The notes under the pieces are model-generated. The model saw only the letters and a list, made by a program, of their open reading frames with translations, had not been told where the DNA came from and made no database searches. A stretch of DNA of 63,378 bases, filler included, from Pelomyxa schiedti (lineage: Eukaryota > Protista > Evosea): assembly GCA_020536535.1 (NCBI GenBank). It is 10 parts of 10 records of this genome, joined end to end, with 100 filler letters (N's around TTAATTAATTAA, not from the genome) between each part and the next. Parts side by side here need not be neighbours in the genome. Positions count along the whole stretch, not along the records: positions 10,880 to 15,246 come from JAHLWZ010001601.1; positions 15,347 to 21,060 come from JAHLWZ010001476.1; positions 21,161 to 27,373 come from JAHLWZ010001435.1; 7 more parts are not named here. One strand, 5' to 3'. Position 1 is the first letter of the stretch. The number at the start of each line of letters is the position of its first letter. Made by a program: the position numbers and the translations under genes. Shown piece after piece: positions 11,094 to 21,343 of this stretch.

Positions 11094-12434
11094 TCACCAT
11101 CTGTCATAATCACTACCAGAATTCCACTGCTCATCCTCACAGATTGTGGGTACAATCGTCACAATGGCAATTGATTTGCCTGTTATTGCATCGTGGACTG
11201 ATAATTGCATCTGTGCTGTCTCTTCTCCTGATGCACTTGAAGGGGATTTTGGAACGAGGGAAGCATAGATTCCCGGATCAGTGGAATCTACATTCCAGTC
11301 TGGGTCAGTTCCCTCCCTGTGAATTTTACACAACCGGTGCCTTGTGTCTGAAGTGCTGTATACCTCTCTCACTGTGCTCCTTTGTGGATCTCTGGGCGTC
11401 AAAGAGAAGTGTGCAGGTGGAATGCATTCCAGCTTCTGGTACACCAAGTGAGGGAATACCCGCTGCTCCCTCGTCTTTGTGTTGTAGACACCGATGCCAT
11501 GATTACAAAAGTGCATTGTGAGAATTGTGTCGGGTGCAGCCCAAAGCAAGTCAAACGCTGGTTCAGGAAGGGCAAGTGTGTGGGTGATAACTGCCTCTGT
11601 GCCAGCAAGAACACTCTTCTCGAGGTCCACAAAATAAAGGCATCCACTTCCATCAGCAGCAAATGAAGCACCAATGACAACAAGCTCATCACCACAAGGA
11701 TTGAAAGGGGAGAACGTGGCACCACACACTTCAATCGGGACAGTGAGTTTCAGACAAACACCAGCTCTCTCAAAAGGAGAAGCTACTCCCTTCTCCATCT
11801 TCCACACAACGAGATTGGTCAAGGTTTCCCTGGAAGAAGTGACGGCAACACCCACCCACTTGCGATTGGCCACCCAGAATCCAGACTCGAGGCACTTTGC
11901 ACCTTCTTGGGGGTAAATAAGCAGTTCCACTGTGCGCTTGGCACAATCAAGCACACATCCAAGTGCCTCACTCGATTTACTTGTCACCAGGAACATTCCC
12001 ATCCCATTGCCATCGCCATCGCCACCATCGCCACCACCCAACGGCCTATTCACAGCCAACCAATCAGCCATCCTCGGTGGGGCCTCACTTGCTGTCCAGC
12101 ACTTGCACCACACCACCCCCAGGGTGGCACTCAGCCCAATGAACACGTCCACCCTGGTGGCAGCCTTGAAGTAGTAGTCGGTGGATCCAGGACGCATCCA
12201 GATGTCACACACAGGCGTGCACGTGGCATGAAGAGAGAGCGTGGATCCGACTTTCCTCACACAGCTGACGACCCACTGGCGACCGAATTCCTCGAACAAA
12301 GCGGGGTTCTCAACAAGGAAAAAACGGGCCGGGCTGTGGCAACCACACCTGCCAATCGACGCACACGCAAACGCAACGAACTGCGATCGTGCGAGGGCAA
12401 CGGCCTCAATCATCGACACTGGTGCTCGTTTCAT
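11094..12434 (-). CDS. Intronless member of an expanded lineage-specific family (ARxQFVA...RCG..SP N-terminal motif), 446 aa
   Basis: Full ORF. The N-terminal motif ARSQFVAFACASIGRCGCHSPARFFL...FGRQWVV recurs at 14932, 57989-58254 and 59701-60090. The beta-rich C-terminus could be a propeller (inference). Confidence 0.8.
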   Translation of the reverse strand: MKRAPVSMIEAVALARSQFVAFACASIGRCGCHSPARFFLVENPALFEEFGRQWVVSCVRKVGSTLSLHATCTPVCDIWMRPGSTDYYFKAATRVDVFIGLSATLGVVWCKCWTASEAPPRMADWLAVNRPLGGGDGGDGDGNGMGMFLVTSKSSEALGCVLDCAKRTVELLIYPQEGAKCLESGFWVANRKWVGVAVTSSRETLTNLVVWKMEKGVASPFERAGVCLKLTVPIEVCGATFSPFNPCGDELVVIGASFAADGSGCLYFVDLEKSVLAGTEAVITHTLALPEPAFDLLWAAPDTILTMHFCNHGIGVYNTKTREQRVFPHLVYQKLECIPPAHFSLTPRDPQRSTVREVYSTSDTRHRLCKIHREGTDPDWNVDSTDPGIYASLVPKSPSSASGEETAQMQLSVHDAITGKSIAIVTIVPTICEDEQWNSGSDYDRW

Positions 12435-12479
12435 CGAATCAAAGATTAGATTTTAAAATTGGGTTCTGAGGGTTTTTGA

Positions 12480-14920
12480 GTCCTGATTCCGAGGTTGGAG
12501 TGCGTCACTACGGCGTTCCATTCGTTCGCTGTGCGTCGTTCGTCGTATCAGTTCAGTTGTACGGTGTTGCATGGAGTTGTTGTCATTGAGGTGACGAAGT
12601 GGATGGTGAATGTCGATGCTGTGTTGTAGTAGGTTGATGATGATGTTCGGTGTTCAGGTGCTTGTTCGTTGTTCTGTGATGCAGGTAGTGCGGTTGTGTA
12701 CTCCTTGAGGGTGCCAATGTACCTACATGGTGCATTTTTTTTTTTCAAATTTATGTGTGCCATGTTAATTTGGAAATAACAAGCAATAGCACATTCTGGC
12801 TCATGAGCCAGACCTCTTGTGGGGTTTTGGCTGTTTCCCAGGTCCATGCATGAATTTTGCTCTGATGCCTTATTTCATAGGTATGCAGAAAATGCTGTGG
12901 CGGCCAGAGTAGAGTTGCTGTTGATTACATGCTTGTGCAAAAGCTTCCTGATTGCACAGAAATTCCTTCAGGTTCGTATGTGATAAAATTCTAGCTAGCA
13001 TGCTAACTCAGATACAGATGTGTCATCAGGATTGATGCTTATGTCTCCTGCACCTCAGAAAGTACTGTGCATACTTGCCTAGAGCCTTTGGGTGGTAAGT
13101 CAAGAATAGTTGCTGTTCTGCATCTGACTTCTGACAGAACAAAGGACTTTTGTGAAATTGGGCTGATTGAATTCCAGGCTTGAAGCTGACTTGCCAATTC
13201 CTTCTGCAGTTGTTGAGATGCTGTCTGCTCATGGTAGTGATTGGTCTGGATGATCTCCTTGAAATATGCACTGCCAGCTTCCAGCTTGAATGAATTGCAA
13301 GCATGAATTGTTCTTAGGTATGGTTCCATTTTCCATAAGATGATTCCTTACTCATGGTTGCTGCAATTGTTGTTGCTGAGTGCTCCTTTGCTTGTGCAGC
13401 TTGAATGTTCTAGCATGCTGTGAGCTGTGCTGGTGTGCTTCTTGTGTTTTGCTGCAAATCAGGTTTGCTTGTATCCTTCGTATCATAATCTGATACCATT
13501 AGGTGCCATTGCCAATGATATGCTTGCTGCTCTCAGTTGATTTGAACAGTGTCTGCCTTGCAGCATTATTGCTGAGTTGCGCATTTGGTTTTCCAGGTAT
13601 GTGCAATAGAAAAGGAGTATGTATTGACTTGCACATGGTAGTGTCTAGAGCTTGTACAAATGCTTGAAAATGATTTGTTGGTCCGCCTCAGAATATTCTT
13701 GCTCATGGCGGTCCTATAGCAAGTGCTAGATTGCTCGCAGTGCTCTCATTGCTGAGCTTCAGGGTGCTTGGCAATATTGGTATGTTCAGTCTCTCAGAGC
13801 TTTCTTGTAACTCAAGAAATAGGTCTGATTTCCTACAGGGGAACAAAGTGTGCACATTGTTCCCATTTATCACGTCCTGTAGGCCAACTAACAATGAGGT
13901 CTGACAGATAAGTCCTGGCCATGATAGCAATGACATCACAAGATGTCAGTGAGCTTCCATGAAGGCGCCTCACTACTGTGTTCCTGAGGGCACCCTGCCC
14001 TAAGGTTGATGCAGTGTGACACAGTAATTCCATTACTAACTTTCTCTCAGATGGTGTCACATAATCCAGAGGGTTCTGCAATCCCTGTGCAGAAATGTGA
14101 AACATAGGTTCAGGTAATCTTTGTTTTTAAAATCAAATTGACTCACAAATCATTTTAGGGTTGAGGAACCGATTTTATGACAATTCTGAGAGTGGCAATT
14201 GATACGGAGCTTTGGGTATGTATTCCTCACTTCAAAGAATGTTCACCATTACTATTTCGAAAATTTCTATATCATGGAGTGAAATTTGCTATCCAAGTAG
14301 CATTAACTGCTTAATATAACGCAAGATAAGCCAATAAACCAATAAATACAACCGAAATGAATAAATAGAGTGGTACTAATGCTACATAGCTTTGGATGAT
14401 TTCCAAGCTTCGATACTGCATATCTAGCATTCCCGCGTTTATAAGAACACTTGCCAGATGTTGCGTGCATGATTCCCATAATTTCTGTTAACTAATCATG
14501 TTGCAGGATGCGTTCTGCCAGTGCCGGAAATGTCCGCTTCAGTGCCGGTAATATCTTCCAAAATGCCGGTTGAGAACGCGATTCCGCATTATCACTCTTG
14601 TCATGCCATAACGATTCCACCATGCCGGATTCTCTCTTGAATTCTTGTGATGTGGATTTGATTTGGGTATCCCCATATCTCTTGCAATCTTAGTCACCAG
14701 TACATCTATGTTTGTGTGGTCCACCCATTCCCCAATTTGTGAGTATCCAAGTGTTCTCGACATCACACGACATCGCAGTCATCACTGCTGTTCCACGTCA
14801 TCATTGAAGCGATCACAAGAATTCGAGAGAGAATCCGGCATGGACAAGGGAAAGAGGCTTCAATTTAAAGTGTGTTCTCAGGTGAGGTTAGTTTTTGATG
14901 GCAGGTTCAAGGAAACCGAT
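12480..14920 (-). pseudogene. Decayed coding relic, product unidentified
   Basis: Protein-like reading on the minus strand is broken by many stops (e.g. KLWESCTQHLASVLINAGMLDMQYRSLEIIQSY, QLMLLG*QISLHDIEIFE, LFLELQESSERLNIPILP). Strong CpG depletion at 12721-13680. Confidence 0.45.
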
Positions 14921-14931
14921 TTCTTTATTCG

Positions 14932-15246
14932 ATGACGATGCGAGGGATTCCAGCATCAGTGGCAACGATAGAGCCCGTCGTCGACGCACGATTGCAGTTC
15001 GTTGCGTTTGCATGTGCGTCGATTGGCAGGTGTGGTCGACGCAGCCCGGCCCGTCTTTTCCTCGTTGAGAACCCCGCTTTGTTCGAGGAATTCGGCCGCC
15101 AGTGGGTCGTTGGCTGTGTGAGGAAAGTCGGGTCCAGTCTCTCGTTCCATACCACCAATTTGGAGTCGAATAACACGTGGATTCGTCGCGTGGGGAGTAC
15201 TCCTGACTACTACTTCAGGTCTGTCACCAGGGTGGACGTGTTCATT
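14932..15246 (+). CDS. Paralog of the 11094-12434 family protein (3' truncated)
   Basis: ARLQFVAFACASIGRCGRRSPARLFLVENPALFEEFGRQWVVGCVRKVGS is almost identical to the N-terminus of the 11094-12434 protein, in inverted orientation. Confidence 0.8.
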
Positions 15247-15346
15247 NNNNNNNNNNNNNNNNNNNNNNNNNNNNNNNNNNNNNNNNNNNNTTAATTAATT
15301 AANNNNNNNNNNNNNNNNNNNNNNNNNNNNNNNNNNNNNNNNNNNN
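15247..15346. other. Artificial contig linker
   Basis: N44-TTAATTAATTAA-N44. Confidence 0.99.
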
Positions 15347-17304
15347 GTCTTCCAAAGGAAATTATTATTCTTGTAACAAAGGTAGAGGCTTTCATACAGT
15401 TGTTCTTATCTCTGTCAAAGACATCAAAGATTGCGCGTAATACTATCTTGTTAGTGCTCCAGTGAGGAGCTACTTTGTGCACAACAGCGCAAAAAGTTTC
15501 AAAGTTGAGGAGTTTCCAAGATGGCTGGTGTACTTGAGTCGGTTCGGGATCGGTTGTGGGTCTGAGGGTGCAAACAGGTTCTAATTCTTTGCAGAGTTGT
15601 TGAAGCTCTGACCGGCTGAAGTTGGTAACTTTAGATAGCAAAACAATTTGTCTTCCAGACAGTTGTAATCGTGTGTCAGCCATAATTGTTTTACGTGATT
15701 CCGATAGCATATTGGCAAGTGTAGTATCACCAATTTTCATTGTCAAATAGTCTATCTAGAGAAAAAAGAGGTGGAAAGGCACAGAGACCAAGTAACAGCA
15801 AACTCACCTGCCGGAAAAAGTGAGTAGTGTCAGAGTCAGCGATTGTATGTGCCAGTGTGTGGCACACATGAGCACACTTGAGTACGTCTTCTTCTGCCTC
15901 GCTGCATTCAAGCCCGGCCCGCTGTAACAGTGCTACGCATGCAGCATATACAGGAGTGACACTCCCGGTGGAGAGGATGCGATCCCACAAATTCCAGAGG
16001 ATACTTGCAGAAAACTGATGCGCAAAACAGCATAGAACCCAGCTTGTAGTTAATAAACTGTGATGTAACTTATAGTTATTGAGTGTCACTGTCACTCCAG
16101 GAATGTGTTGGTGGATCAGTTTTTCCAGGACACCTTGGGCAACAAGGAGACCTGCAATTGTATTACTCATTATTAATAAGTGTGCGTGCCTACCAAGCAT
16201 ATGATCGTGGTAACAGTCCACCCCTATGATATTGACAATTCTGTTCATCACCCAAAAGGCGTACTCCTCGGAGTGAGGGTCACTCGGGGAGAGAAAGCAC
16301 CCACAGCCAAGAAGTGATGCCGCCGCAAGATCGTTCAGTGATTGGGTATACCCAACTGGAGATATATAAGCAAGACAACAGTGAGAATAAATTTTTACTT
16401 CCGGGATGAAGGGCTGCAAATGCTACAAGCAGGTTACGCAACAAGTGACATCCCCGAGAGGATTCGTCAGGGAAGAATGAACTATCTTGAGCAAAAGATC
16501 AGAAATAGCCTGAGGCCAAAGCCAAATAATTACCTGTGAATGTCCGTGGTATGTCTAGTTCAATCTGGTGTAATGTCTTTGCAGGAATCTTCAATAAACA
16601 ACGCCGTTAGGGATGTAAGAACCCAAAAAAAAAAGAGAGTGTGGTTAAAAATTAATGCTGTTACTCTATTTCCAAGAAAGAAAAAACGTAAAAAAAAAAA
16701 GGGGAGGAAATAGAACGATAGGATACACACACACAGAAGTTCTCATTGGCTTTGATTTGAGGTCGTCGTACCGCACACCCATAACTGCGTTGATCGACAC
16801 ATACGCCCTCATTGCAAAATTCCAGCCGGCGGCCCTCTCCTCGGCCTCCCTCGTCGTCGTCCAGCACGTCCTCCCCGCCACGCGTATCCCATAAGCGTCT
16901 CTCTCCCCACCGGCGTCCCCTTCCCCGTCGCCGTCGCCGTCCCCAACGTACTCCAGTCCCCAGTTCAGAGTCGACGACGCAGACGACGACGACAGCGAGA
17001 GCGAGAGGGAGTCCGGGGTCGGCGGTGGCTGGTACTGGTACTGATACTGATACTCTGAGGAGGAGGACGGCGTGGCTGTGGGCGTGGGCGTGGGGGCATT
17101 GGCAGGCCCCCTCCCTCCCCCTCCCCCTTCGCCGTCGTTGTCGTACGGCGTCGTACGGGCGCTGGTGACCTCCACCTCCGAGTTTGCGGGGTCGGCGTAC
17201 GACGCGCAAGCGGCTCCGTTGGTTGCAAGTGCGTTGTCACATTTGCACGCGGGGCTCTCGCCCCTGGCGGCCTCGTCCTCCCCGTCGCGCCCTGCCGTGC
17301 TCAT
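15347..17304 (-). CDS. TBC-domain RabGAP with C-terminal EF-hand-like region (TBC1D8/9-like; 3' truncated)
   Basis: Spliced reading gives the Arg finger QIELDIPRTF, LRNLLVAFAALHPGIGYTQSLN (Gln finger), EEYAFWVM, WNLWDRIL, then IFDVFDRDKNNCM (EF-hand-like). Confidence 0.85.
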
Positions 17305-17374
17305 CACAAGTAACTTGCCGAAAAGTACTTTTGATTGATGATTTTGATCTTTGTGGTAATTGTTTTGATTTTGC

Positions 17375-19911
17375 TCACTCTGTGTCCATTGAGTCATTCT
17401 GGTGGTTGTTGTTGTTGCCATTACTTATCGGTTTTTGTTTGTCACTGTCATCACTGCTGGTATCATCCTCAGTGAGCATCGAAATGAGCTTCTGTGCCGA
17501 TGCCTCCACGTTGTTGCTGCAGGTGCTCCCTCGTATCCTCTCCAGTATAGGTATGGCCCCCAGTTCAATGAGTATCGGCTTGAAATGGTTGCCGGAGCTT
17601 CCTGTTCCAACCAGCATTGCGGTTTCAATGGCCTTTAGGGATGTCATCTCAAAATTATCATTATCTTTGTGTGTAATGGTATATAGAAAACTATCAAACA
17701 GTACTAACCCCAAGAACATGTCTCATGAGAAGGATTTTATCATCATCGCGGTCAAGGCACCCAAGTAGTTCAACAATTGCACGCAGAGCACCTTTATTGA
17801 ACAGCACACTATTTTCATATGAGAGGCCAATACTGTTTTTGCAAAGAATAGGGAATAACTAACTTGGTGACATCCTCTGATCCCTTGGTTGCTGCATTGC
17901 AAACAACAAACGCAGCTTCTTCTCTGACATCCATTGCTTCGCTTGAATCCAACAACAGTTCAATAATTCGCTCGAATATACCACGCTCCACAGCAATGAG
18001 GCGGACTTGTTCCCTTTTGACAGTGACATCATTGTTAGTGTTGGTAAGTCTGAAGGTGACTGAAGGGAGAGAAACGAAAAGCTGTTGAAGGGTGCGAAAG
18101 GCTTGGGAAGTGAGAGTGGTGGGTATCAGCAGGAAAATGGTGTCACGGCTTATGCATAACATACACACCTTGTTCCAGCGGCAATGTTGGAGAGCTTTCA
18201 GTGGATGTCAGTGTGTTGTTGAGTTTTTTCAAAAAGTTGAACACTCACAAGCCAACAAGTCTCCTTCCTCACACTCTTTTTCGCACTGTTCAATCTGCAT
18301 AAATGAGTTAGTAAGAAGTGATTGTGACGAGGGAACGGCACAAGGGCAATATTCTGGGCAGAACTCCGGCATCAATCACTGCCTGGCAATGATGTTGGCT
18401 TGTTGGTTGGCAAGTTTGTTTTCAAACCTGTGTTTCTGTGTTGCTTTGCTTGTGATCAGTGTGACTGTAACAATGTGTGAATTTGGAAAAACCTCCCAGT
18501 GGCAATATTTCCCACTGCACGAAGTGTTGTAATCAGAGTAGTAACATCCGCACACTTGAATTTTTGTTTTGTTTAAAAAGAAATGAGGAAAACGAAAAAC
18601 GGAAAGAAAACAAACTTCGAGAGCTCTCACAAGGTGGGCACACATCCCACCTGCAATAACATGTTCGGAAAAGCCATCAATATCAGTTAATAAACAGAGG
18701 GACCTTATTGATTCATAAACAAAAAAAAAGTATTGGATTGGTAGGAACTACCAAGTGAGCTCAGTTGTAATTTCCTGATCTGAAACCGCGAAAAGAGCTG
18801 TAAGAGTTGGAAAGATGTCACAGGTTGGTGCTGCACGACAATAAGTGGGCATTGAAGGAACATTTGACAGTGTACTTGGGATGAAGTATCTGTCCGATGG
18901 TGGAGGTGTCCATCGGCATCCATTGTGGAATGCCCAAATCTGGTTGGGGTGATTGTTTTTTATAAATCAAAATATCAAGCGATCATTTTCGAAAGGAATA
19001 GTCAGTGGAAGAAAAGACTACTCACTGCATTTCTCAATAGTGAAATGTCGTTCGGGAATGTTTGCATTGCCTTGATAATTGCAGGAACGAATCCAAGCTC
19101 CAATATTTCATCGCGATGAACAACGCTGGTGCCTTCAATGTTTGCAAGTGTCCATGCCGCCTGTCCATTTGCCAAAAAAGGAGGTAAGTAAACAAAAGAA
19201 ACCTAACAGAGGAGAAAGGAACCTGCTCACAGACAAGAGAACTTGGGGAGGAAAGAAGGGAAACGAGTTGAGGCAGTACCCCAAATAGAACAACTTTATC
19301 TGTTGGGCCTGGGTCAGTTCCACTGACCACTAATGAATCACAACATACAGAGGGTGGAGTAAGAAAGATGTTAAAACAACAAATGTCAGACTTACAATTG
19401 GTGAGAACCCACAGAGCATCATACTGCAAGTTGGTGTTGTCACTCTAGAAAAAGCAATTTTCACAAAGTAGAAAAGGGGGGAAAAGGTACATAAGACAAG
19501 AATTGAATGACTCTTGGAACACATCCACTTTCCAGCACCTCTTCGATTGGTGGAATTTCTGTTGGATTTGATAGGAATGGCACTCACGTTCACGCGAAAA
19601 ATATACCTCCAGAAATTCGATTTCTAAGTTGCACGAGGGCCGCCTTGGCCTCTGTGAAATCAGTAGACATCACTCGCCTGCACAACTCTGCAACTGTGAT
19701 GACGTCACTGCTCCCATTCAAAGACCTCTGTGTCCGACGCGCCATCAAGGCCCGACCCCCTCGGATCATCATCGGCCTTGTTCAAATGAACTTCACCATC
19801 ACGAACAACGCCACAGAGGGAGCTCTTTTTCATGAGATTAATTAGAATGACACTGAGACCCTCCAGGGAGTGTGCTGGTGGTGTAGCAACACAGAGAAAA
19901 GACAAACCCAT
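17375..19911 (-). CDS. Importin-alpha-like ARM-repeat protein (start uncertain)
   Basis: PPIEEVLESGCVPRVIQFL, LQYDALWVLTN, GVLPQLVSLLSSPSSLVCEQ, GIFERIIELL...VREEAAFVVCNAATKG match importin-alpha ARM repeats. Confidence 0.85.
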
Positions 19912-20004
19912 TTTCGTCTAAGATCTCGCTTCCGGATCAAGTAAGTGTGCAACATAGCTCCATTCGTCTAAAGCAACAAAACCCCCTTTTGGTCTCCACG
20001 TGCG

Positions 20005-21060
20005 ATGCACAACAGCTCCTCGCCCACGTCGGGAACGTCGCCCAGGACAGTGACAACTCACAATGACGCAACGACCATCAAGCAAGCGTCGCTGGCCAAA
20101 TACAGCCGCCCCAGCAGCCCGGCGTCCCACAAGTATCCTCAGCGGGGGGGGGCAGAGTACCTCGGGGAGGACTGTTCGTCACCGTCGCCGGCGCCCCGCC
20201 CCGCGGCGCGCAACCAACAAACCTCGGAGGCAGGGAAGGGGGGAGGCGGCGGGAGTTATGGGACGTGGAAGTGGTACGAGGTAGTGACGATGGTGGCGTT
20301 CGCCCTGTGCGCGTGCGTGATCGTAGCTGCGGTGTGCGTCGTGCCCTTGAACACCTCCACAATGTACGACTCCCTAGGTACTTTGTTGTTTGTCTTTCTT
20401 CTTCTTCTGTTTTTTTTTTTTTTTTTTTGATTGGCATCGGTTGTGTGTGGTGTGTTTTCGCGCTTTTTTTTTTTTTTTTTTCCCCTGTCGTTTCTCGTTC
20501 CTTCGTCGTTTCTTTGGGTCCTGCCAATTCACGATAATCAATAATCCTCTTCGTTCAGAGAACGAGGTCTACGTTGAATGGAACGGCAACGGACGCGGCG
20601 CACCAAGTTGGTGAGAGGCTTGATGGAATCGCCTGTTACTGGAAATGTACTCGGATGCTGTTCTCAGTGTATGTTGTGTGTGTTGGAAACCACAAATATT
20701 GGCATTTCAATTGTATTAATTAAAAGTTTGAAAATACTAAACTTCTCTTTCAGGAGATGTATGTCAATGTTTCCAAATCAAGCCCGAGCTGTTTCGCATT
20801 TGGATCGCTGTTAGGGGTTTACCCAGTATACTATGAGAACTCTTCAGAGTGCAACTTGGGAATGAGTAGCTTCACAACTGATCCTCTGCAACCCGGCGAT
20901 TCTGGATACCAAGCAATGATGAATGGCATCCAAACACTGATGTGGAGCCAAACGCCTTATCCTAATGAACTCGCGGAATCATTTATGAGCAAATATCTAA
21001 TCAGCGGTGTCACGGTGATAACTCCCTCTTTTGCACGGATGTCACCTTGGTTTGATATGC
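20005..21060 (+). CDS. Hypothetical single-pass (type II-like) membrane protein (3' truncated)
   Basis: S/P-rich N-terminus, hydrophobic segment VVTMVAFALCACVIVAAVCVVPL, GT-AG introns and ORF 20757 onward. No family recognised. Confidence 0.55.
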
Positions 21061-21160
21061 NNNNNNNNNNNNNNNNNNNNNNNNNNNNNNNNNNNNNNNN
21101 NNNNTTAATTAATTAANNNNNNNNNNNNNNNNNNNNNNNNNNNNNNNNNNNNNNNNNNNN
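21061..21160. other. Artificial contig linker
   Basis: N44-TTAATTAATTAA-N44. Confidence 0.99.
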
Positions 21161-21343
21161 CCCTTGCTTTGTCATATTTTTTTTCAAAAAAAACCAACGC
21201 TTAAAAGGAGCCCCATTCAAAAACACGACGCGGTTCCGATTTGTGTTTAAAAAAAAAACACCATTCGCGTTCAAATTTTTCCAGTGGCAAACGCATTCCG
21301 GTGTACACGAAAAGTTTTTTTTTTTTTGCCAACACGCACCCTA

